DNA from: Sinorhizobium meliloti
GTDB lineage: Bacteria; Pseudomonadota; Alphaproteobacteria; Rhizobiales; Rhizobiaceae
DNA length: 32,000 nucleotides
Direction of reading: 5' to 3'
Assembly (NCBI RefSeq): GCF_017876815.1
Contig: NZ_JAGIOS010000002.1
Location: forward strand, 570,001 to 602,000
Shown: one piece after another, positions 14,406 to 22,547 of the stretch
How the letters are laid out: every line of letters begins with the position of its first letter
Position numbering within the stretch: the stretch's first letter is position 1
Position numbers and translations under genes: made by a program
The notes under the pieces: generated by a model
What the model was told of the DNA's origin: nothing
What the model saw: the letters and a program-made list of their open reading frames with translations, nothing else
The model's database searches: none

Positions 14406-15683
14406 ATGACAATCCTGCTCGGATCGATCGCCGACGACTACACGGGCGCCTCCGATCTCGCCAACACGCTGACGAAGAACGGGCTTCGCACCGTGCAGAC
14501 GGTCGGCATTCCCGATCCGTCGCTCGCCCTTCCCGACGTCGATGCAGTGGTCGTTTCCCTGAAGATCCGCTCGGTCGCAGCGAAGGACGCCGTGGCCGCC
14601 GCCCTCGAGGCCGAAAGCTGGCTGCGTGGCCGCGGCGCCGGCCATGTGCTCTACAAGATCTGCTCTACCTTCGATTCGACGGATCTCGGTAATATCGGGC
14701 CGGTGACCGAAGCGCTTCTGAGCGTCTCGGGCGGCCACATCGCCCTCGTCACGCCGGCCTTTCCGGAAACGGGACGCACCGTCTATCTCGGCCATCTTTT
14801 CGTCAACGGCCAGCCGCTCGACGAAAGCCCGTTGAAAGACCATCCCCTCAACCCGATGCGGGATGCCAACCTGGCAAGGGTGCTCACCCGCCAATCGCGC
14901 GGCAAGGTCGGCCTCATCGACCTGCCGACCGTGACGGACGGAGCCGATGCGGTAAGGGCGCGGCTCGATCGGTTACGCGCCGAAGGTGCCGCCGCGGCGA
15001 TCGCGGATGCGGTTTTCGAACGCGATCTCGAAACGCTCGGAAAGGCAGCGCTCGAAATGCCCGTTTCGACCGGCGCGTCGGGCCTCGGCCTCGGCCTCGC
15101 CCGCGCGCTTCTACGCTCCGGCCGGGCTTCGGCAAGCGACGGGGAAAACGAAGCCATCCGCCCCGTCGGCGGTCTTGCCGCGGTGGTCGCAGGCAGTTGT
15201 TCGGCGGCAACGCTGAAGCAGCTCGATGCGGCGGAACTGCATATGCCGGTGCTGCGGCTCGACACGGAAAAGCTCCTCGCCGGATCGGACGAGATTTCCG
15301 CAGCGATTGCCTGGGCCGGGGAACGGATTGGCGAGGGCCCGGTGGCCATCGCCGCGAGCGCCGCACCTGAGGTCGTTTCGCGTTTGCAGGCGCGATACGG
15401 GCGAGAGGCATCCGGGCACGCGGTCGAGACGGCAACCGCCGCGATCGCGGGCGAACTGGTCGAGCGCGGCGTGAGACGCCTCGTCGTCGCCGGCGGAGAG
15501 ACCTCCGGCGCAACCGTCGACAGGCTCGGCATCCCGGCTTTCCTGATCGGTCCGGAGATCGCCCCCGGCGTCCCTCTGCTGAGGACGATCGGCACTGGCG
15601 GAAACGACATGTTGCTGACGCTGAAATCGGGCAATTTCGGCGGCGAGGATTTCTTCGCCACGGCGCTGTCGATGATGCGATGA
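14406..15683 (+). CDS. otnK: DUF1537-family four-carbon acid-sugar kinase, probable 3-oxo-tetronate kinase
   Basis: N-terminal IADDYTGASD motif typical of DUF1537. 425 aa. It starts 4 nt after the otnI stop. Confidence 0.82.
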   Translation: MTILLGSIADDYTGASDLANTLTKNGLRTVQTVGIPDPSLALPDVDAVVVSLKIRSVAAKDAVAAALEAESWLRGRGAGHVLYKICSTFDSTDLGNIGPVTEALLSVSGGHIALVTPAFPETGRTVYLGHLFVNGQPLDESPLKDHPLNPMRDANLARVLTRQSRGKVGLIDLPTVTDGADAVRARLDRLRAEGAAAAIADAVFERDLETLGKAALEMPVSTGASGLGLGLARALLRSGRASASDGENEAIRPVGGLAAVVAGSCSAATLKQLDAAELHMPVLRLDTEKLLAGSDEISAAIAWAGERIGEGPVAIAASAAPEVVSRLQARYGREASGHAVETATAAIAGELVERGVRRLVVAGGETSGATVDRLGIPAFLIGPEIAPGVPLLRTIGTGGNDMLLTLKSGNFGGEDFFATALSMMR

Positions 15684-15690
15684 GAGGTAA

Positions 15691-15721
15691 GGCGGGCGGT
15701 CCCTCGTATCCGCCGCCCGCC
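15691..15721. terminator. GC-rich hairpin between the convergent otnK and SBP genes (weak terminator candidate)
   Basis: GGCGGGCGG (15691-15699) pairs with CCGCCCGCC (15713-15721). There is no clear U-run on either strand. Confidence 0.25.
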
Positions 15722-15799
15722 CGCTGCACGCTTCCTCAAATCGGACCGAGGAGAGCATGCAGACTTTGCGTTTGCCGCAGCGCGTCCGCGCTAGGGCTC

Positions 15800-16768
15800 T
15801 TAAAGGCCGTTGTCCTTCAGGATCTGCGCGGCGTTTTCCTTGGTCACCTTCATCGTGTCGAGCGTGACGGTCTTTTCGACCTTTTCCCCCTTCAGGAACT
15901 TCACCGCCTGGCGCAGACCCTCCGCTCCCGGCGTCGCATAGAGGAAGGTCGCGGTCAGTTCGCCGTTGTTGACCCAGGTCACGCCTTCGTTCGGGAGCGC
16001 ATCGATGCCGATGAACTTCATTTCCTTCTCACGGCCTGCGTCCTTCGCCGCCAGATAGGCGCCATAGGCCATCGGATCGTTGTGGCCGTATACGAGGTCG
16101 ATCTTCTCGTTGTTGCGCAGCGCCGTCGCCATGATGTTGTAGGCCTGGTCCTGCTTCCAGTCGCCGGATTGCTGATCGAGCAGGTTCTTGATGCCGGGCT
16201 CCTTGTCGGTGAACTCGTGAAAGCCGTCGTGGCGGTCATGCGCCGGCTGGGTACCCATGCCGCCCCATATCTCGACGATATTGCCTTCAGCCTTGCCCTT
16301 GCCGCCGAGAAGCTCGACCGCATACTCGCCGGCCGCGCGGCCGATCAGTTTGTTGTCGCCGCCGACGAACTGGGTGTACTGGTCGGTCTCGACATTGCGG
16401 TCGAGAACGAAGACCGGGATCTTGGCATCGATCGCCTGCTGCACCACGCCGGTGAGCCCTGCGGACTCTTTCGGCGATACGAGCAATGCGTCCACCTCCT
16501 GGCGAATGAGGTTCTCGACGTCGGCCACCTGCTTTTCCGTCCTGTCCTCACCGTCGGTTATGATCAGCTCGACATCCGGATGCTTTGCCGCCTCGGCGAT
16601 GATGTCCTTGTTGAACTGCGCGCGCCACGGCTCGATCGTCGTCGCCTGGCTGAAGCCGATGCGAAACTTCTTGTCCTGGGCCAGGGCGTCGTCCGCCGGC
16701 ATGAGCGCGGTCGTCGCGGCGAGCACGGCGGCGACCGCCGTCAGTTTCAGAATGTCACGGCGTTTCAT
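15800..16768 (-). CDS. sugar ABC transporter substrate-binding protein (RbsB-like, CUT2)
   Basis: Signal peptide MKRRDILKLTAVAAVLAATTALMPADDALAQ. Periplasmic-binding-protein type 1 fold pattern. GGAGGAAAG SD. The ATG overlaps the permease stop (ATGA). Confidence 0.92.
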   Translation of the reverse strand: MKRRDILKLTAVAAVLAATTALMPADDALAQDKKFRIGFSQATTIEPWRAQFNKDIIAEAAKHPDVELIITDGEDRTEKQVADVENLIRQEVDALLVSPKESAGLTGVVQQAIDAKIPVFVLDRNVETDQYTQFVGGDNKLIGRAAGEYAVELLGGKGKAEGNIVEIWGGMGTQPAHDRHDGFHEFTDKEPGIKNLLDQQSGDWKQDQAYNIMATALRNNEKIDLVYGHNDPMAYGAYLAAKDAGREKEMKFIGIDALPNEGVTWVNNGELTATFLYATPGAEGLRQAVKFLKGEKVEKTVTLDTMKVTKENAAQILKDNGL

Positions 16769-18087
16769 TTCTTCTTTCCTCCCATTGTTATGGACAGCGA
16801 CTCTCTCGACGTCCGCTCCTCCACGGACGTGTCTCCTTGAGCCGGGCGCCGGCTTGCGCCCGGCAGCCGCAACTGCGCGAGAAGATCGTAGGCATTGCGC
16901 TCCTGAACGAGCACGGTGCCGATGATGATCACGCCCTTCAGCACCAGCTGAAGATTGGAATTGATGTTGTGGAGCTGCAGGATGTTGGAGAGCAGGCCGA
17001 AGATCAGGACGCCGCAGAACGTCCCGGCAAGGCTCCCGCGTCCTCCCATCAGGCTCGTCCCGCCGATGACCACTGCCGCGATCGCATCCAGTTCGAGGCC
17101 CGCGCCAGCGTCCGGCTTGCCCTGGCGGTACTGCGCCACATAGAGCACCGCTGCGATGCCCGCGAGAAGACCCGATACCGCATAGGTGACGATCTTCACC
17201 CGGCCCGCATTGATGCCGGAAAGGCGCGCCGCCTCCTCGTTTCCGCCGATGGCGTAGACATAACGTCCGAAAGGCGTGAAGCGCAGCACCGCACCGTAGA
17301 GAAGAATCGCGACGATGAAGAATATGCCGGGCATCGGCACGATGCCGAAGACTAGCTGCCGCAGCATATCGAAGTCGGCGGTGGCATTGCTGCCGGTATA
17401 GACCGGCAGAACGGCGTTGTTCTGCCCGGCGGTGAGCCGGGCGATGCCGAGCGCCGTGACCATCATGGCAAGCGTGACGATGAATGGCTGCAACCGTCCG
17501 ACCACGATGATCACGCCGTTGACTGCGCCGAACATGAGGCCGACCGCCGGCGCAACGAGCAGAACGCCGAGCACGCCGAATTTCGTCTGCATCTGAGGCA
17601 AGAGGAAGCTCAGAACCAGGGCACAGAGAACGATGCCGGCTGCGGCAGGCAGAACGGTACCGCGTCTCCGGTCAAGCTGGATGTCGCGGATATGCGTCAC
17701 GCCCGCACGGGATTTCTCGATATTCAGGAAGACGAAGCGTACGGCCGCCGCACCGACGACCAGGACGGCAAGCCCGACGGCCGGCAGCCCCAGATAGAGG
17801 GCGGCCGTGTCCCCCGGAACGGTCAAGAGCATCGCGCAGACGACGGTGCAGATCGCCATCAGCGAGCCGACAGAAAGGTCTATGCCGCCGGTCAGAATGA
17901 CGGCCGTCATGCCGGTGGCGATCAGCCCGGTGGTCGATACCTGCCGCAACACGTCGAGGAGATTGCCGGAGGAGAGAAAGATGTTCCTGCCCGATGACGT
18001 CAGCGGTGAGGACAGGACTCCGATCAGGAAAATGGCGATCAGCCCCCAATAGAGTTTCGTGCGCGAGAGAGCCTTCAGGAAATTCAT
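16765..18087 (-). CDS. sugar ABC transporter permease (RbsC-like, CUT2), unusually long at 440 aa
   Basis: Motifs GGIDLSVGS, RLQPFIVTLAMM, YAIGGNEEAARLSGI and GGTSLMGGRGS, typical of the RbsC/BPD_transp_2 family. There is an extra segment after TM3 and a hydrophilic C-terminal tail. Confidence 0.9.
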   Translation of the reverse strand: MNFLKALSRTKLYWGLIAIFLIGVLSSPLTSSGRNIFLSSGNLLDVLRQVSTTGLIATGMTAVILTGGIDLSVGSLMAICTVVCAMLLTVPGDTAALYLGLPAVGLAVLVVGAAAVRFVFLNIEKSRAGVTHIRDIQLDRRRGTVLPAAAGIVLCALVLSFLLPQMQTKFGVLGVLLVAPAVGLMFGAVNGVIIVVGRLQPFIVTLAMMVTALGIARLTAGQNNAVLPVYTGSNATADFDMLRQLVFGIVPMPGIFFIVAILLYGAVLRFTPFGRYVYAIGGNEEAARLSGINAGRVKIVTYAVSGLLAGIAAVLYVAQYRQGKPDAGAGLELDAIAAVVIGGTSLMGGRGSLAGTFCGVLIFGLLSNILQLHNINSNLQLVLKGVIIIGTVLVQERNAYDLLAQLRLPGASRRPAQGDTSVEERTSRESLSITMGGKKK

Positions 18088-19664
18088 GCAACCGCCCTTC
18101 CGCGCGCGCTCCGCGGTGCGGCGAGCTGCATGATGCGCTCCTCGCTCGCCTCCTCCCGGGAGATGAGTCCGGTCTGCCGCCCCTCGGCCATCACCAGAAT
18201 GCGGTCAGCGAGGAGCAGAAGCTCCGGCAATTCGGAACTGACCACCACGATCGCCAGCCCGTCGCCGGCGAGCTTGAAGATGAGATCATAGATCTCGCGC
18301 TTCGCACCGACGTCGATGCCGCGCGTCGGCTCATCGAGAAGAAGGACACGCGGACCGGTCGCCAGCCACTTGCCGATGACGACCTTCTGCTGGTTGCCGC
18401 CGGAGAGGGTTCCGGCCGCCTGACCGGTCCCGGCGCAGCGAACGCCGAGCGCATCGACCGCCCCTTTCGCAAGCGCACGCTCGCCTTCGAAGGAGCGCAG
18501 GCCGAATCGTGCGAGCCTTCCAACAAGCGGCAGGGCCACATTGTCTCTGATCGATTCATGAAGATGCAGCCCCTTCGCCTTGCGGTCCTCCGTCACCAGA
18601 GCAAAACCGAGGCGGCGAGCATCGCGTGGCGAACGGATATTGACGGCGATGCCGTCCAGCCGGATTTCGCCGCCGCGAAGGCCTTCATTCGATGCAAAGA
18701 TCGTCTCCAGGATTTCCGTGCGCCCCGCGCCGAGCAAGCCGCCGATGCCGAGGATCTCGCCGGCGCGAACGTCGAAGCTCACCCCCGTCAGCACGTCGCG
18801 CCAGCCATGGCGTCCGGATACGGCAAGCGACAGGTCCCTGACCGAAAGGACGGGCTCGCCGCCGCCTTTGCCCTGGTCGGGCCGGTGCGCATCGAGGAGG
18901 TTGCGGCCCACCATTGCGGCGATGATCGTATTCTCGTCCAGTCCGGCCATCGGCCGGGTCCAGACATGACGGCCGTCGCGGAAGACGGTGACCCGGTCGC
19001 TGAGTTGCATGACCTCGTCGATCCGGTGCGAAATATAGATGATGCCGACGCCGTCGGCTGCGAGTTGCCGCATGATCTTGAAGAGGCGCCGACACTCGCC
19101 GGGCGAAAGCGCCGAGGTCGGCTCGTCCATGATCAGAATGCGCGCTTCCACGGACAGGGCCTTCGCGATCTCGACGAGCTGTTGCTCGCCGACCCGCAAT
19201 TGCCCCACGCGCGCCTCCGGGTCGAGCTCGATCCCGAGGCGGTTCAACAGCCCTCGTGCGGCCTCCAGGCTCGCCTTGCGATCCACGAAAAGACCGGCGA
19301 TCACCCGTTCGCGGCCGAGAAAGATGTTGTCGGCGACGCCGAGTTCGGGGACGAGGTTGAGTTCCTGATGGATGATGGCGATCCCGGCTGCCTCGGCGTC
19401 GCGCACATTGGAGAAGCGGGCGGTTTCTCCATCGACGCGGACGGTGCCCTGGTAGTCCGGGTAGACGCCGGACAGGACCTTCATCAGCGTCGACTTGCCG
19501 GCGCCGTTCTCGCCCATGAGCGCATGGATTTCGCCCGCGCGCAGTTCGAAGCGCACATCCTTGAGCGCCGCGACGCCGCCGAACGATTTCGAGATCGCTT
19601 CGGCCGCCAGAATTGGCCGGTCGGATTCAGTGGTGACCGAATCACGGGGGATAGCATCGCGCAT
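18084..19664 (-). CDS. sugar ABC transporter ATP-binding protein, duplicated ATPase (RbsA-like)
   Basis: Domain 1: GENGAGKST, LRVGEQQLVEIAKAL, ILIMDEPT. Domain 2: GLLGAGRTE, LSGGNQQKV, VLLLDEPTRGID. The stop overlaps the permease ATG (ATGA). Confidence 0.95.
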   Translation of the reverse strand: MRDAIPRDSVTTESDRPILAAEAISKSFGGVAALKDVRFELRAGEIHALMGENGAGKSTLMKVLSGVYPDYQGTVRVDGETARFSNVRDAEAAGIAIIHQELNLVPELGVADNIFLGRERVIAGLFVDRKASLEAARGLLNRLGIELDPEARVGQLRVGEQQLVEIAKALSVEARILIMDEPTSALSPGECRRLFKIMRQLAADGVGIIYISHRIDEVMQLSDRVTVFRDGRHVWTRPMAGLDENTIIAAMVGRNLLDAHRPDQGKGGGEPVLSVRDLSLAVSGRHGWRDVLTGVSFDVRAGEILGIGGLLGAGRTEILETIFASNEGLRGGEIRLDGIAVNIRSPRDARRLGFALVTEDRKAKGLHLHESIRDNVALPLVGRLARFGLRSFEGERALAKGAVDALGVRCAGTGQAAGTLSGGNQQKVVIGKWLATGPRVLLLDEPTRGIDVGAKREIYDLIFKLAGDGLAIVVVSSELPELLLLADRILVMAEGRQTGLISREEASEERIMQLAAPRSARGRAVA

Positions 19665-19727
19665 GATATTGGCAGCCTCCCTACCGCCGACATCTGACGC
19701 TCTATTCGCCTATTTCCCGCAGCCTAT

Positions 19728-19741
19728 TCTAAACGTTTCGA
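19728..19741. promoter_or_regulatory. RbsR/LacI-type operator candidate A
   Basis: TCTAAACGTTTCGA, a 14-bp palindrome with one mismatch pair and a central CG, 64 bp upstream of the ATPase start. Confidence 0.5.
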
Positions 19742-19815
19742 CACTGTCAAGCGGGGCGCTCCGGCCTGCATTGCGTAATTTCAGCGATTCAAATACAGTT
19801 TAGCGAGCAAATCAT

Positions 19816-19827
19816 CAAAACGTTTCG
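19816..19827. promoter_or_regulatory. RbsR/LacI-type operator candidate B
   Basis: CAAAACGTTTCG shares the 10-mer AAACGTTTCG with site A and ends 7 bp before the LacI ATG. Confidence 0.45.
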
Positions 19828-19833
19828 GGCGAG

Positions 19834-20895
19834 ATGCAGCAACGACGAAATTCAAGAAAGTCCGGTGCACCGACCATGCTCGACGTCGCCAAGGCGGCGC
19901 ATGTCTCCGTGGCGACGGTCTCGGCCGTGATCAACGGTTCGGCCCCGGTCAGTCCGGAATTGCGCAACCGCATCGAGCAGGCGATCGGCCTCATAGGCTA
20001 CAAGCGCAACGCCATCGCCCGCAGCCTCAAGCTCGGCACGACCCGCACCGTAGGCCTGATGGTTGCCGATATCACCAATCCGTTCTTCACCGATGTCGTG
20101 GCCGTCATCCAGGACGTGCTGCATCGGGCCGGCTACGCCGTGATGCTCTGCTGCAACGACGAGGACGTCGCCCTGCAGGACGAGCAGATCGCCCTGTTGA
20201 TCGACCGGAGCGTGGACGGCCTGATCATCGCGCCCGCCGGAGACGACGAGACGCTGAAACGCATGATCGCGAGCGCCAATCTTCCGACCGTGCTGATCGA
20301 CCGGCTTTGCGACGGCATCGACACCGATGCGGTCGTGCTCGACAATCGCCGCGCGGTTCAGGACGCAACCATCTATATGCTCGGCCTCGGCCATCGGCGC
20401 ATCGGCTATATTTCCGGCTCCCTCGACACGTCCACTGGACGGGAGCGTCTTGCCGGCTATCGGGCAGCGTTGGAGGCGGCGGGGCTCCCCTGCGAGGAGG
20501 ACCTGATCCGGATCGGCAATTTTCGGGAGAAGGACGCCTATACCGCCGCGCTCCAGCTGCTGACGAGTCCCGAGCGTCCAACGGCGATTTTCTCTGCCAA
20601 CAATCTGATGGTCATCGGGGTGATGAAGGCGATCCGGGATATCGGCCTTCACTGCCCGGACGACGTTTCGGTCGCAAGCTTCGACGATTTTCCCTGGGCG
20701 GACGTCTTCCAGCCGCATCTGACGACGATCGCCCAGCCGGTCCAGGCGATCGGCGAACAGGCCGCACAGCTCGTGCTCGACCGCCTTTCCGGCGCCAGCC
20801 CGGAAGCGCCGCGAAGGCTCGTGCTCCAGGGAAGACTGGTAATCCGCGACTCCTGCCGGCCGGTCGGCAGCCTGGCGCCGCGCGCGATCGCCTGA
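19834..20895 (+). CDS. LacI-family transcriptional regulator
   Basis: HTH PTMLDVAKAAHVSVATVSAVING plus a sugar-binding domain. 353 aa. It is divergent from the CUT2 ABC operon. Confidence 0.92.
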   Translation: MQQRRNSRKSGAPTMLDVAKAAHVSVATVSAVINGSAPVSPELRNRIEQAIGLIGYKRNAIARSLKLGTTRTVGLMVADITNPFFTDVVAVIQDVLHRAGYAVMLCCNDEDVALQDEQIALLIDRSVDGLIIAPAGDDETLKRMIASANLPTVLIDRLCDGIDTDAVVLDNRRAVQDATIYMLGLGHRRIGYISGSLDTSTGRERLAGYRAALEAAGLPCEEDLIRIGNFREKDAYTAALQLLTSPERPTAIFSANNLMVIGVMKAIRDIGLHCPDDVSVASFDDFPWADVFQPHLTTIAQPVQAIGEQAAQLVLDRLSGASPEAPRRLVLQGRLVIRDSCRPVGSLAPRAIA

Positions 20896-20927
20896 CCTAG
20901 TTTCCCAGAAGCCCCGGTGTCGGGACT

Positions 20928-21503
20928 TCAGTCGTCGTGCAAGGCGCGAGCGATCGGCGGGCCGAGACTCAAGTCGCGGAACCTTGCCGCAAAGCCTGCG
21001 CGCTCCGGAGAGCAGGCAGTGACACCGACCTCGGCATCGGCGGCGGAAAAGGGACAGAGCCGCGCCATCTGCCAGCGTTCCTCGCCAAAGCGGAATTGCA
21101 CCCGCACCGCATCCCCATGCCGCGTCAGCCGCACCTCCAGCGGGTCCGAAGGCGCCTTGGCGTGCAACGGGATGACCGACCAGTCCGATACTCCCCGCGT
21201 CACGACCACGCTGAAATGCATCAGCCCGTCGGTATATTCGATACCGCATTTGATCCAGTTCTGCTCGTCGACCCGCAGCATCAGACCGGCCTGATCGTAA
21301 AGCTGCTCATACTGACCGACGATCGTCGCCGAGGCGGTGAAATCGCCAGAAACCGGACGAAGATAGGCATGTCCGCTATCGCGCACGAAGCCGTAGAAGG
21401 TTTCGCGCCAGAAGTCCGTATTGCCGTCGGTCTTGAGCGACAGATCGCGTTCGTCGCCCTCCCAGCTTGCCGGCTCGTTCAACCAGCGATACGCGCTTGC
21501 CAT
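20928..21503 (-). CDS. DUF1349-like (concanavalin-like, Ree1/YJL217W family) protein
   Basis: WLNEP..W......L.L.T...TDFW..TFYGF..DSGH pattern. 191 aa. GGAGGG lies 5 nt upstream of the ATG. Family assignment is from memory. Confidence 0.85.
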   Translation of the reverse strand: MASAYRWLNEPASWEGDERDLSLKTDGNTDFWRETFYGFVRDSGHAYLRPVSGDFTASATIVGQYEQLYDQAGLMLRVDEQNWIKCGIEYTDGLMHFSVVVTRGVSDWSVIPLHAKAPSDPLEVRLTRHGDAVRVQFRFGEERWQMARLCPFSAADAEVGVTACSPERAGFAARFRDLSLGPPIARALHDD

Positions 21504-21528
21504 TCAGTCCCTCCATCCATCCCACTGT

Positions 21529-22470
21529 TTAATTGCTCGGCAGTTGTCGCGCACCCCACTCGCTCTTCGGGATCGCCTTGCCGATCGCGAAGCTGAAGGA
21601 AGTGACCGATGTCGTCTCGGGGCTCACTTCGCATTTGAAGTCGATGGCGTACCATGTCGACCGGCTGCGGAAGGCGCCGCCATCGGCGTTCAGTCCCGTT
21701 TCCGAGATGAAGCCCCCGGAAGGGCCGAAGGGAACGAGCATGTCCGGAAATGCACCGGGCATTTCGCGCCGCACCTGCTCGAGCGCCTCGATGCTGCAGA
21801 GCTGTACGATCCGCTTTTTCGGCGGCAGCCTGCCGATCGCCTGTTTCACGCGCGGGTCCGACAGGGCGTTTTCAGAATAGAGTTCCTTCGCCTGGACGAG
21901 CTGGCTCGCCTCGCGCTCGGCCTTCGCCTCGGGTGGCTGCGTCGGCTCCGCCCTTGCTTCCTCCAGAACCGGTTTCTCCTGGGGAACAGCTGCAGCCGGC
22001 GGCGCGGCTGCAGCGTCGGCCGCCTCGTTCGCTGCGCTCCGGGCATCGACGCGCAATTCCGCAAGCGCTGTCCTGCTTTCCGCCGGCTTTTCGCTGGCGG
22101 TATTCTCCGTCTTTGCCGGGGCGCGCCGCGAGGCCTCCGGCGTCTCGCTCGGCGTTTCGGTCTTCTTCGGCGCGGCCGGAGGCAACTCGGGCTGAGGAGG
22201 CTTTTCCTTTTCGGCCGGCGCTGCCGCCGACTCGAACGCCTCAGGCTGAGGGCGCGCCTGCTCGCTCTTGGCCGCGTTCGGCTTTTGCTCGGGCTTTTCC
22301 GCACTCTTCGGCTGCGGAACGAGCTCGACGCTGACGCTTTGTTCCTTTGCCGGCGCAGACAAATCCGGCAGCCGAACCAGCAGCAGAAAGGCGAGCGCCA
22401 GGTGCAGGGCGAGCGAGGTCGGCATGCCCCAACCGGTTTCTCCCCACATTTTCCTGGCGAAGTGCTGCAT
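21529..22470 (-). CDS. membrane-anchored protein with a long Pro/Glu/Ala/Lys-rich linker and a C-terminal DUF930-like domain
   Basis: N-terminal TM LALHLALAFLLLV, then a low-complexity linker of about 150 residues (KPEQKP, PQPELPPAAPKK). The C-terminal domain has RIVQLCSIEALEQVRR....YAIDFKCEV. The start codon is uncertain (M1, M8 or M16). Confidence 0.8.
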   Translation of the reverse strand: MQHFARKMWGETGWGMPTSLALHLALAFLLLVRLPDLSAPAKEQSVSVELVPQPKSAEKPEQKPNAAKSEQARPQPEAFESAAAPAEKEKPPQPELPPAAPKKTETPSETPEASRRAPAKTENTASEKPAESRTALAELRVDARSAANEAADAAAAPPAAAVPQEKPVLEEARAEPTQPPEAKAEREASQLVQAKELYSENALSDPRVKQAIGRLPPKKRIVQLCSIEALEQVRREMPGAFPDMLVPFGPSGGFISETGLNADGGAFRSRSTWYAIDFKCEVSPETTSVTSFSFAIGKAIPKSEWGARQLPSN

Positions 22471-22547
22471 TGCTCAAAGGTCACGGACTCGGAAGCACCG
22501 AACCTAAGAGTTCGAGCGCCCCGCAACAAGTGCGGGACGCGCGTCGG

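Noticed and set aside
13566-14894. 442-aa minus-strand ORF across otnI and the start of otnK
   Set aside because: It is antisense to two genes with clear family signatures and has no motifs of its own. It is a high-GC shadow frame.
14783-15758. Three overlapping minus-strand ORFs (215-318 aa) antisense to otnK
   Set aside because: Extreme Arg/Ser/Pro/Ala bias and mutually overlapping frames mark these as shadow ORFs.
16765-19664. Possibility that 4-bp ATGA overlaps in the CUT2 operon indicate frameshifted or fused genes
   Set aside because: ATGA stop/start overlaps at 18084-18087 and 16765-16768 are ordinary translational coupling. Each product is a complete ABC component.
17994-19697. 567-aa plus-strand ORF antisense to the RbsA-like ATPase
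   Set aside because: It is the longest shadow ORF in the window. The minus strand carries two complete ABC ATPase domains, and the plus-frame product has no recognisable domain.
19852-21249. 465-aa minus-strand ORF antisense to the second LacI gene and running into DUF1349
   Set aside because: It crosses a convergent gene boundary, has shadow-frame composition, and overlaps a LacI HTH-containing CDS on the other strand.
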